Origin: a virus
Reading direction: 5' to 3' (one strand)
Virus record (IMG/VR): IMGVR_UViG_3300027743_000026
Span: 8,470 to 72,469 of that record
DNA: 64,000 bases
The translations under genes and the position numbers were made by a program. Position 1 is the first letter of the stretch, and the number at the start of each line of letters is the position of its first letter. Shown here piece after piece: positions 44,115 through 52,698 of the stretch. The notes beneath the pieces are model-generated. The model ran no database searches and was not told the DNA's origin. It saw nothing but the letters and a program-made list of their open reading frames with translations.

Positions 44115-44194
44115 TCGTGACCCGATGCACACCACCGTGTGCCCCGCAGGCGGCGCAAGCGCTCGCTTCGCCCGGCTGCTTCAAGTGTACGTAA
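44111..44194 (+). CDS. 27-aa Cys-rich micropeptide (MIVTRCTPPCAPQAAQALASPGCFKCT)
   Basis: AAGGAG SD and ATGA overlap. Confidence 0.5.
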   Translation: MIVTRCTPPCAPQAAQALASPGCFKCT

Positions 44195-44259
44195 ACCTAC
44201 TGAGCTAAGGCGCGGTCGCTCCCGCGCCTCCTTCTCTCACACAGCTGAGGACCACCGTC

Positions 44260-44964
44260 ATGCTGGCTTTGACGATCGACAGCCCGATGCAGTCCGACGG
44301 CTGCGTGACTTGTTGCTGCGAAACAATCTCGCTCAAGCCGGGCGAGACGCAGCCGCTGTATCTCAACTATGCCGGCTGGGCAGCGCCGATTGCGCTGCGT
44401 GGGCTGCATTGCGAGCCGACTGTCACGGTCGAGGAGAAGAAGACCTGTGATGTTATCACGACAGGCAATCTTCCTCCGGTTGCGTCGTCCGATACCGAGT
44501 TCGACGTTACGCTCAATACGCCGCTCACTGACGATCTCAAGACCTTCGTCGTTGATCCTGAAAGCGATGCGTTGACCTTCAAGCCGTTGCTGCTGTACGG
44601 CACGCAGCATGGCAAATTCGACCTCAAGCCAGATGGCACCTTCACCTATACGCCGATGCAGGGCTATGTCGGTCCCGACAATTGCTTCGTCTCAGTCAGC
44701 GACGGGCACAATCAGCCGGTGGTGTTCGAGGTTCTGTTCGGTGTTGGCATCCCCGCGGCTAACGTGGGTTCAACCTGGGATTTGACTGTGGGCAAGCCCA
44801 TCGTCAATCAGCGCCTGTACCTGGTGACCTTGCCGCTGACGGTGTCGCCGGCGGCGAGAACCTGCCAGATCTTCCGGCTCACCGTTCGTCAAGGCGCGCT
44901 CGATTGTGATTGCAACTGCTACTACCACGTCGACTGTGTCGATGTGCGGATCGCGCAATGCTAA
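44260..44964 (+). CDS. Ig-like (Big_9/cadherin-like) virion protein with Cys-rich ends
   Basis: N.PPVA...DPE.D.LTF...HG......DGTFTYTP..GY.G.D. Confidence 0.8.
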   Translation: MLALTIDSPMQSDGCVTCCCETISLKPGETQPLYLNYAGWAAPIALRGLHCEPTVTVEEKKTCDVITTGNLPPVASSDTEFDVTLNTPLTDDLKTFVVDPESDALTFKPLLLYGTQHGKFDLKPDGTFTYTPMQGYVGPDNCFVSVSDGHNQPVVFEVLFGVGIPAANVGSTWDLTVGKPIVNQRLYLVTLPLTVSPAARTCQIFRLTVRQGALDCDCNCYYHVDCVDVRIAQC

Positions 44965-45659
44965 CCTTTGTCGTCGAGCCGCCCAAGGATCGCTTTGCTT
45001 CGCCGTTACCGGTGGGGCACAAGGAGCCGTTGGACTGGTCGACGCTGTTATCGATCGAACTCATCCGGCAGCATACCAAGACCGACGATGTCGCCGGCGT
45101 CTCTGATGAGATGCTGGATCTCTATCGTCGCGCCGCGGTCGAGGCTGCCGAACTCTATACCGGCGCGTTGCTGACCACGCAGATGACTGTCACCGAGCCG
45201 ATCCAGGGACCGTCACGGCCTAAATTCGGCAAGCTGACTTACAAGCACAAGCTCAAGTATCCGGTCGCCGATGGGCTCGTGCATCTCTACGGCAGCCAGA
45301 ACGTTGACGCCAATCATGCCATTCGCATCCCGGCCAATACCCGCACCATCCATGTGCCGATCTGGACCGGTTTCATCGATCTGACGAATTGCTGTGATCC
45401 ATGCGCATCGCATCACCTCAACGTCGATATGATGGCCGCCTACAAGGCCGGTTACAAATGCCCAGACGATGTGCCCAAAGGCATTACGCTCGGCATGTTG
45501 CAGTTTGTCGCTTGGATCCTCGAGCATCCTGGTGACATCTTGCTGACCGTGCGCAACAAGGAAGACAACTCGACCAAAGGATTGATGGGTAGCAACAACA
45601 TCGCGCTGGCGAGTGGTGCGATCGAGACTTGGCGGCAGTACGACCCCGAGGCGTTCTGA
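44958..45659 (+). CDS. Head-tail connector/adaptor
   Basis: LSIE.IR.H..D......AA...AE.YT; Y.AGY; position. Confidence 0.75.
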   Translation: MLTFVVEPPKDRFASPLPVGHKEPLDWSTLLSIELIRQHTKTDDVAGVSDEMLDLYRRAAVEAAELYTGALLTTQMTVTEPIQGPSRPKFGKLTYKHKLKYPVADGLVHLYGSQNVDANHAIRIPANTRTIHVPIWTGFIDLTNCCDPCASHHLNVDMMAAYKAGYKCPDDVPKGITLGMLQFVAWILEHPGDILLTVRNKEDNSTKGLMGSNNIALASGAIETWRQYDPEAF

Positions 45660-46099
45660 TGACCATCGGAAAAACTGTTATCGCCGATCTGCGTCATCGC
45701 ATCGTGTTGTGCACGATGCAGGATGTGGTCGAAGCTAATGGTACGATGGAGCTGACGCGCAAAGAGGTGATTGAGACCTGGGCGCGCATTCGGCCGTTTC
45801 TCACCTTCGGATCCAAAGGTTCGTTTATCGGCACTCAGGGTTACACCATTCTTGATCCGAAGCTGCATCAGAGCCACTGGATTAGCATTCGCTTTCAGCA
45901 CGACCTCGACATCAACAGCACCGCGTGGGTGTATGAGGCTCGACGCAAAGGGCTCCCGCGCTGGTACAAAGTCCTAGGCTCCACTGAGACCGAAGATCAT
46001 CGTTGGATCGAAATCGCCGTGCACTTGTACGAGCGGGCTGAGGCTGCGCAACCCGTACAAAGTGATCTCTCGCCAGTTCGGAGCAACGTCGCGCTCTGA
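45659..46099 (+). CDS. Head closure/stopper protein
   Basis: I..LRHRI.L...TWA.I...H.I.IR. Confidence 0.75.
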   Translation: MTIGKTVIADLRHRIVLCTMQDVVEANGTMELTRKEVIETWARIRPFLTFGSKGSFIGTQGYTILDPKLHQSHWISIRFQHDLDINSTAWVYEARRKGLPRWYKVLGSTETEDHRWIEIAVHLYERAEAAQPVQSDLSPVRSNVAL

Positions 46100-46167
46100 A
46101 GTCGGACGGCCCGTCAACCGGAACCTGTCCTCCCGTCGCGGCGGACGGGCCGTAAGGCATCCCAAAT

Positions 46168-46533
46168 ATGATTGAGATCAGTTTCCAGCCGTGGGGATAT
46201 TTCCGCGCGGTCAAAGACAACTCGTCCATTCAAGCCTGGCTGGACGCGATCGGTGAAGCCGCCGAGGCCGCGTTCCGCGGTGGCATGGGTGGCTATCCAC
46301 CGGCGTCGGCGCCAGGCGCCTGGCCGAACACGCGCAGTGGCGGGCTCATTGGGTCAATCGCACACGAGACCACGTCCAACAGCATGACCATCGGCACGTC
46401 GATGCCGTACTCGGGCTTTCTGCGCGAAGGCACGTCGCGGATGGCGCGCCGCAAGATGTCAGACAACGCACTGCAAGAGGGCATGAAGGCCGGCGCAGGT
46501 CGCCTTGGCCATTGGGTGCACTGGAGCAGATAA
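46168..46533 (+). CDS. Tail completion protein (HK97 gp10-like)
   Basis: SAPG..P..RSG.L..SI...Y..FL..GTSRMA.R. Confidence 0.7.
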   Translation: MIEISFQPWGYFRAVKDNSSIQAWLDAIGEAAEAAFRGGMGGYPPASAPGAWPNTRSGGLIGSIAHETTSNSMTIGTSMPYSGFLREGTSRMARRKMSDNALQEGMKAGAGRLGHWVHWSR

Positions 46534-48113
46534 TGACCACCTACGATTCAATCGTCATCTCGTCCGGTCATGGTTTGAAGATCCGTGGTGCCGCTGGCGA
46601 TCCGTCGGGATCGCCAGATGATCCATATCTCGACGAAGTCGATGAGGCCAGGAAAGTGGTCGACGCGCTCGCCGAGGCGCTTGAGCAGCGCGATGTGCGC
46701 GTGGTCGTTTTTCACGACGATACCTCGACTACTCAGGACACGAATCTTTCGACGATAGTCGCGGCTCACAACCGGGAAGACAGGCAGCTAGATCTCAGTG
46801 TCCACTTCAATGCGTACGATCAAGGCAGCAAGTGCATGGGCACTGAGATGCTTTATATCACGCAGGGCGCACTGGCTGATGAACTGTCGTACGTCGTTTC
46901 GGAGGCTGGTGAACTGATCGACCGCGGCCCGAAGAAAAATACCGGACTCTATTTTTTAAATAATACTGACATGCCGGCCGTGCTTCTCGAGATTTGCTTC
47001 TGCGATAGCTCGTGTGACACTAATTTATATCGTGAAAACTTTGACGCCATCATCGATGCGATCGCCGATGTGCTCGGTGGTGAGGGTGATGTCACCAGGC
47101 CGCCGGAGCCGATCCCGCCGTTCGAGCCACCGCCGCGGCCCGATCGTCCTCAGCGTCCACCGCCGGTATCAGCTGAGCGACCTACTTTGGGTGAAGGCGA
47201 TTCCGGTAGTGATGTAGTCGCACTGCAAAAATCTCTTGGCCTGCCTGCCGACGGTGATTTTGGCTCCATTACCGACACACAAGTCAGAGCGTTCCAGAAA
47301 GCGGTTGGCATTACTTCTGACGGTATCGTCGGTCCCACCACCTGGAAATATGTCGACGAACTCGATCGCCGCATGCTGCAAGGCGACAGCGGTTTGCCCA
47401 AGGGGCTCGCCGCGGAAGTGATTGCACTCGCCGAGTCCTCGTCGCTGATGGATTACGAATGGCCTGGCCGTAGCGTGGCGCCGCCCGGCTATATCCCCGG
47501 CATGGCGCTTTGCTACGCGCTCGCCGTGGTGAAAATGGACCAAGACAACTCCGCTGTCATGGTGATGGGCGAAGCCGCCGGCGACCCAGATGAAGACGCG
47601 CTCGCTTGGTATGAGGACGAACTCGGCAAACTTGATCTCGATGTTTCTGACGCCGGTGTGGAAACCCTACGTGCGCTGTTCGTGATCCTGATCGGGCTCG
47701 GCATGCGTGAATCATCCGGTCGCTACTGTGAAGGTCGCGACATGTCGGCTGACAACGTTGCGTCTGACACCTGCGAGGCAGGCCTATTTCAGACTTCCGC
47801 AAACATGCACAGCGCCAGTCCAGAAATGAAGAAGCTGTTCGATGCCTACTGGAAAGATCCTCAGGGCTTCTTGGATGTTTTCCGCGAGGATATTTACCCG
47901 ACATCGTCCAACCTTGATGTCTACGGCAGTGGCAAAGGCGCTTCCTACCAGTGGCTGTCGAAGTTCAGCCCCGCATTTGCCGTCTCCACCACCGCGATCG
48001 GCTTGCGCAAGCGCAAGGCGCATTGGGGCCCAATCCAGCGCAAAGAAGTAACGCTCTCTCCCGCCGCGCGCGATCTCCTCAGAAAGATCGAAGCGCTAGT
48101 GGCGACGGTATGA
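46533..48113 (+). CDS. Multi-domain peptidoglycan hydrolase: Amidase_3, PG-binding domain and a lysozyme-like C-terminus
   Basis: SSGHG..E..SVHFNA..LLEICF; V..FQ...G..DGIVGP.TW; GMRESSG...GLFQ. Confidence 0.85.
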   Translation: MTTYDSIVISSGHGLKIRGAAGDPSGSPDDPYLDEVDEARKVVDALAEALEQRDVRVVVFHDDTSTTQDTNLSTIVAAHNREDRQLDLSVHFNAYDQGSKCMGTEMLYITQGALADELSYVVSEAGELIDRGPKKNTGLYFLNNTDMPAVLLEICFCDSSCDTNLYRENFDAIIDAIADVLGGEGDVTRPPEPIPPFEPPPRPDRPQRPPPVSAERPTLGEGDSGSDVVALQKSLGLPADGDFGSITDTQVRAFQKAVGITSDGIVGPTTWKYVDELDRRMLQGDSGLPKGLAAEVIALAESSSLMDYEWPGRSVAPPGYIPGMALCYALAVVKMDQDNSAVMVMGEAAGDPDEDALAWYEDELGKLDLDVSDAGVETLRALFVILIGLGMRESSGRYCEGRDMSADNVASDTCEAGLFQTSANMHSASPEMKKLFDAYWKDPQGFLDVFREDIYPTSSNLDVYGSGKGASYQWLSKFSPAFAVSTTAIGLRKRKAHWGPIQRKEVTLSPAARDLLRKIEALVATV

Positions 48114-48116
48114 CCG

Positions 48117-48722
48117 ATGAACGTCCAGTTCGCAAACCCACCGCCGCCGAAACCAGCGGCGGAGAAGGTTCGTTTTCTGCCGGCGCTGGCAGAAGCAATC
48201 ACCGAATGGTTTCCCGAACTCGGCGGACGTGCGCTTGCTGTCAGCAACGCGCATATAACCAAATTGAATGTACCGACGTTGCCGCTAGTGATGGTGGCGT
48301 TCGCGCGCGGTACTGGCGACCAGGCAGCTCAAAGTTACCATCCAAGTTTCAAGCAGGTCGATAAATTCATCATTGAGTTCTGGCTGCAGCCGGAGCGTTA
48401 CAAAAAAGCTAACGGCGCCGAGACACCGTTCTGGAGTTACTACGACTACGAGGCCATTCGCACCAAGCTGCTCTCCAATCTCGGACGCTGGGAGACGCCT
48501 GATGGTGAGCACATCGCCTATCGGTATCTAACCATCGGCGCTGATGAACTTGCTGTCACGCTGTCATTTGGTTTCGACGCCACCAAGAACTTTTGTCCGA
48601 TCGATCCGGCGCGGGGCGAGCCCTTCGCCATCAGTTTTGATTTGTGCCCACCGAAAGGCTGTTGCCCCGAGGTGGAGTGCTTCGATGTCCAGGAGAACGA
48701 TAAATGCGATCCGTGTCCGTAA
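48117..48722 (+). CDS. Probable tail terminator protein
   Basis: Position before the sheath; Cys-rich C-terminus. Confidence 0.6.
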   Translation: MNVQFANPPPPKPAAEKVRFLPALAEAITEWFPELGGRALAVSNAHITKLNVPTLPLVMVAFARGTGDQAAQSYHPSFKQVDKFIIEFWLQPERYKKANGAETPFWSYYDYEAIRTKLLSNLGRWETPDGEHIAYRYLTIGADELAVTLSFGFDATKNFCPIDPARGEPFAISFDLCPPKGCCPEVECFDVQENDKCDPCP

Positions 48723-48778
48723 ATTTTAAGCCGTCCAAGCAGAAAGAAAGCAAGGACGACAACCAGAGGAGGGCCGAT

Positions 48779-49045
48779 ATGGCCAACATCTATGTCAAGT
48801 GTAAGCCCGGCCGTCGGCACTACTACGAAGGCCGTGTGATCCCAACCGACAAGTTCGTTCCGGTCGATGGCAATGATCCGTTGATTCAACGGGCGATCCA
48901 TCATTGGCACGACCTCGAGGTCGAGGGCGAGGCACCGCCGCCGCCGACCGAGGGCACGGACGCGCCAACTAGACGTTCACGCGCTCGACCTGACGACCCA
49001 CCGCTGATGCCTGAACATCGGCAACCATCCACCCCGAGGGAGTGA
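48779..49045 (+). CDS. Small pre-sheath protein (Mu gp38/DUF2635-like)
   Basis: IYVK..PGR...; position. Confidence 0.55.
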   Translation: MANIYVKCKPGRRHYYEGRVIPTDKFVPVDGNDPLIQRAIHHWHDLEVEGEAPPPPTEGTDAPTRRSRARPDDPPLMPEHRQPSTPRE

Positions 49046-49102
49046 TCGGCTCGCGCCGCTCGTTCTCAAGATCCATTCGCCACCCCGAAGGAGTGATCGA
49101 CC

Positions 49103-50626
49103 ATGTCGATTGACAGTCTACGAAGCGGCGCGATCGAGATCTGCTTCGATCCCAGCCTCAACGTCTACCCCAACAAGTGTCGGATCCTCATCGAGGGTCA
49201 GATGCTCGATACCGGCACTGCGCCCGACGGCGTGCTGATCAAGATGCCGTCGCTGCGCGACGTCAACGAGCTGTTCGGCGAAGGTTCGGTGATCGCCGAA
49301 GGTCTCAAGACCGCGTTTTTGTGCTGCGGCAACAACGCCCTCGACTTCTATGCGCTCCCTCGCAAGGACGCATCAGTCGGCGCTGTCACCGGGGCGCAAT
49401 ACACCATCACCTTCACCGGCGAAGCCACCACCTACGGTCGCGTCGATATGTATATAGGTGATGGTCGCTGGCGCACGTCGGATCGAGTCGTGGTCGGTAC
49501 TACGGCCGATGAGGTTGCCACCCTCGTGTCGGAGACATTGACACGAGAGCCAGGCTTACCGTTCTCCGTCCTTTCCACTGCTGGTGGGGTCATCACGCTC
49601 CAGGCCAAGAACGGGGGCACTGTTGGTAACTGCATCCAAATTATCTACAATTGGCATGAGCGCCGTGACTACGCGCCAAAGGGTATCGAGTGCGAGATCG
49701 CCCAACTTCGACCGGGTGAAAACACCAGGGTCCAACCTCTCGACTACATCGCTCTGCTAGGTGAGTGCTGCTACTGCTGCATCGGGATGCTCTACGACGA
49801 CACCTACTGGCAGGACGCGATGATCGCGTACATTGCCAACGCCTGGGATTGTTCCAAGCCTCAGTGTTTTGGCCATGGATACACGTACAATTCAGGCACG
49901 CTCGGCGAAATCATGTCGACCGACACGAACTCGGCCGAGGTCAGTCGTATCGCACAGTGCTGCACCGACCCTGGTCTCGGCTGGCTGAAGGTCGCTGCCT
50001 ATGCCGCGCAGTCGTGCTGCCTGGCGGTCGATCATCCGGAGATGAACATCCAGGGGCCGGATTTCGGCGTCCTGCGTTGTGTTCATGTTCCGGAGAGCTG
50101 CTTCCAGTGCTTCACTTACGAAGAGCAGCAAATTCTGCAGGCTACCGGCTTTGTCGTGACCGTGCCTTATCAAGGCGGCACCGGCCATCTGACCTCGCCG
50201 ATGATCGTCAACGACAGCACCAACAACCGCTACGACGACGACATGCGGTTGAACTCGACTTGGTGGGATGTCAGCTCCCGCCGTCTCGCCGCGGTGACTG
50301 CCGATCAGATGGCGCTCGAACTCGGCAAGGTGCTTGGACTCGGACTGTTCACCAAGAACACGACGATTCCTCCGGGCATCCGAGGCACTAACCCCAAGCT
50401 CATTCTCGGGATGATCCGCACTTGGGCGAAAGCTCACATCGGCGTCTTGTTCAGTGAGTTCGACGACCTCGACAACGACATCCAGCTGCGCACCGACTTT
50501 GAGGTCGCTCCGCGGTGTCAAGGTGTCTGCGGCAAGCTGTGGGTGAACTTCATCTATCGGCCGCCGTGCCGCATTCGCAAGATCCACGTCAACGCCCAGC
50601 CGAGACTGCTGGACAACTGCTACTAA
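49103..50626 (+). CDS. Contractile tail sheath protein (Mu gpL-like)
   Basis: LIEGQML..GTA; LFG.GS; ITL.AK..G..GN. Confidence 0.9.
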   Translation: MSIDSLRSGAIEICFDPSLNVYPNKCRILIEGQMLDTGTAPDGVLIKMPSLRDVNELFGEGSVIAEGLKTAFLCCGNNALDFYALPRKDASVGAVTGAQYTITFTGEATTYGRVDMYIGDGRWRTSDRVVVGTTADEVATLVSETLTREPGLPFSVLSTAGGVITLQAKNGGTVGNCIQIIYNWHERRDYAPKGIECEIAQLRPGENTRVQPLDYIALLGECCYCCIGMLYDDTYWQDAMIAYIANAWDCSKPQCFGHGYTYNSGTLGEIMSTDTNSAEVSRIAQCCTDPGLGWLKVAAYAAQSCCLAVDHPEMNIQGPDFGVLRCVHVPESCFQCFTYEEQQILQATGFVVTVPYQGGTGHLTSPMIVNDSTNNRYDDDMRLNSTWWDVSSRRLAAVTADQMALELGKVLGLGLFTKNTTIPPGIRGTNPKLILGMIRTWAKAHIGVLFSEFDDLDNDIQLRTDFEVAPRCQGVCGKLWVNFIYRPPCRIRKIHVNAQPRLLDNCY

Positions 50627-50690
50627 CCCAACCCGCCACTAACCCAACCCGCCGTCGAGTCATATCGATCGGCTAAAGGAGAATTTTTCA

Positions 50691-51368
50691 ATGACAAACC
50701 CGACTCTCGCGATGATCATTCCTGTCGGCGGCGGCGGCGGCCCGGTTGATCCGGGCTGGGGCGGCGGGTGGGGCGGCGGCGGCCGTCCCGACAACTCGCT
50801 TCCTGGCGTCCCGGTTGACCCTGGCTTCGGCCAAGGTCGGCCGCCGGTTGATCCTGGCTATGGCCGCCCTGGTTGGTCCACCGGCCGCCCCGACAACAGC
50901 CTCCCCGGTCAGGGTGGCCGACCCGACAACAGCCTGCCGATCGCTCCGGGCCACCCCGACATTGGCCTGCCGCCGTTGCCGGTGTACCCCAGCAACGGCT
51001 TGCCGTGGGCACCAGTGCATCCAGATATCGGGTTGCCTGGTGGCCGTCTTGAGCGTCCTGACAACAGCCTGCCGGGCAGCGGTGGCCGTCCCGATCAGGG
51101 CTTGCCGCCCAGCCCCGGTCGTCCCGACCAGGGCTTGCCGGGCAGTGGCAACCGCCCCGACAACAGCCTGCCGGGTAGTCAGCCTGGCGTCGACAATACC
51201 CTGCCGGGCGAGCGTCGGCATGGATGGGTGCTCGCCTACGTGCCGCAATACGGCTGGATGTATATTCCGGTCGCAAGCGAGCCGATCCCTGTTACTGGCA
51301 ACAGGCCAGATCAGGGATTGCCGCCGACCGCCGAGCCAAAATCAGCGTCGACGTCACAGCGTCGTTGA
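50691..51368 (+). CDS. Gly/Pro-rich PDxxLP-repeat protein
   Basis: AAGGAG SD; about 12 PD(N/Q/I)(S/G)LP-type units. Confidence 0.8.
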   Translation: MTNPTLAMIIPVGGGGGPVDPGWGGGWGGGGRPDNSLPGVPVDPGFGQGRPPVDPGYGRPGWSTGRPDNSLPGQGGRPDNSLPIAPGHPDIGLPPLPVYPSNGLPWAPVHPDIGLPGGRLERPDNSLPGSGGRPDQGLPPSPGRPDQGLPGSGNRPDNSLPGSQPGVDNTLPGERRHGWVLAYVPQYGWMYIPVASEPIPVTGNRPDQGLPPTAEPKSASTSQRR

Positions 51369-51376
51369 TCACCACG

Positions 51377-51402
51377 GGGAGCCTTCGGGCTCCTCAATTT
51401 CC
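51377..51402 (+). terminator. UUCG hairpin, terminator-like
   Basis: ggagcc-ttcg-ggctcc followed by a T-rich tract. Confidence 0.55.
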
Positions 51403-51426
51403 ATTTGGGGTTAGGAGACAACGGCG

Positions 51427-51891
51427 ATGACCTGCACAAACCAAGTGGGCGTCAAGAATATCTTGCTCACTTTCAGAGACTGCGACACCGACGCCGTGTA
51501 CGGTCCGATCTCGCATCATCTATCCAGCGAAGATCTGCCGACGTGGCGACTATGCAATTACAACAACGAGCCGCTTCCCTGGGGCTACGTTAAACGTCAG
51601 CCAACCAATCCGGAGGTCGAGATCAAGGTGATCCGCGACCTCCGCATCCCGCTCTCGATGTACCAGGGCTGCAGCGACGTCACCCTGCAGGTCGAGTATT
51701 ACAACGGCCTGGTTTACTCGGCCGCGCGCGGCACCGGTACCGGTGATGAGAAGAGCGACACCCACGAAGTGACGATGACCATCGTGTTCCGGATCATCGA
51801 CGAAATGCTGCCCGAGGGTACGCTCGAGCCCAACGCGGATGAGATCGCGGCAACCTTCCCGGTGCCGTACGTTCCGCCAGGAGTAACCTAA
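51427..51891 (+). CDS. Tail tube protein
   Basis: Size and position between sheath and chaperone. Confidence 0.7.
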   Translation: MTCTNQVGVKNILLTFRDCDTDAVYGPISHHLSSEDLPTWRLCNYNNEPLPWGYVKRQPTNPEVEIKVIRDLRIPLSMYQGCSDVTLQVEYYNGLVYSAARGTGTGDEKSDTHEVTMTIVFRIIDEMLPEGTLEPNADEIAATFPVPYVPPGVT

Positions 51892-51894
51892 GTC

Positions 51895-52545
51895 ATGGCG
51901 GAAGTTACGAAACTCGAGCCGCCGAAGCAGCCCGAAAAGATTCCGATCTCCTTCCAACTAGGAGATCGGATGATCGACGGCGCCGTGGTGAAGCCTGTGA
52001 CGTTTGCTGCGTACATGAGCTTCATCACGGAGGCACAAAACCTGACCTCTCCCAAAACATGGGAAGGGAAGATTCGTCGTGTGCGGATGGCCAAGCAGGT
52101 CACTTACTTCATGGCGACCGCACCGATTCAACTCTCTATGGCGGATGTACTGCGTATGCCGATTCAAGCTGCGCGCGAAATCGCGGCTAAGCTCGATGAG
52201 AATGAGGGCAAGCCGGGTAGGATTTCGCGTCCTGGTGACGGCATCGACAAGGCCATCATCTACGAACTCGGAACGCCGATCTCGACCGGCCAGGGCAAGT
52301 CGCCGATCAGCGAGCTTGAGTTCATGGCCAAGACCTATGGTGACGTTGAAGATGTGCTAGCCGCATCGACCTCGTTTCACCAGGGTCTGCAACTGATCGA
52401 GAGCGTTGCCAAGCCGCTCGGCAGCAGTCTGACTTTGCTGCCATCTTGGGCGGTGAATCTGATTACGTTCGCCGACGGCTTCACTATCGTTCGTGAAGTG
52501 CTACCGCATTTTCTCGGGTCGCCAACCGAGTCGCAGAGCGAGTAG
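51895..52545 (+). CDS. Tail assembly chaperone (probable -1 frameshift extension to 52691)
   Basis: Precedes the TMP; CAT TTT near its end; open -1 frame fills the gap. Confidence 0.75.
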   Translation: MAEVTKLEPPKQPEKIPISFQLGDRMIDGAVVKPVTFAAYMSFITEAQNLTSPKTWEGKIRRVRMAKQVTYFMATAPIQLSMADVLRMPIQAAREIAAKLDENEGKPGRISRPGDGIDKAIIYELGTPISTGQGKSPISELEFMAKTYGDVEDVLAASTSFHQGLQLIESVAKPLGSSLTLLPSWAVNLITFADGFTIVREVLPHFLGSPTESQSE

Positions 52546-52698
52546 ACGAATTCCGCTATTACTGTGCGGCGGCTGGCGATCCGAGACCTCTATCCATCCC
52601 CGTGTTGACCGTTCGGGTCAACGGCTTCCTCAAGGTACACCGGCAGGAGATGCGCAATCGCATCGTTCTTGCTGGCGGCAAAGCAAAATAGGTCAGCC

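Noticed and set aside
49029-49099. 20-bp near-duplicate CCACCCCGA(G/A)GGAGTGATCG before the sheath gene
   Set aside because: Most simply a local duplication of the SD region; no further copies were found.
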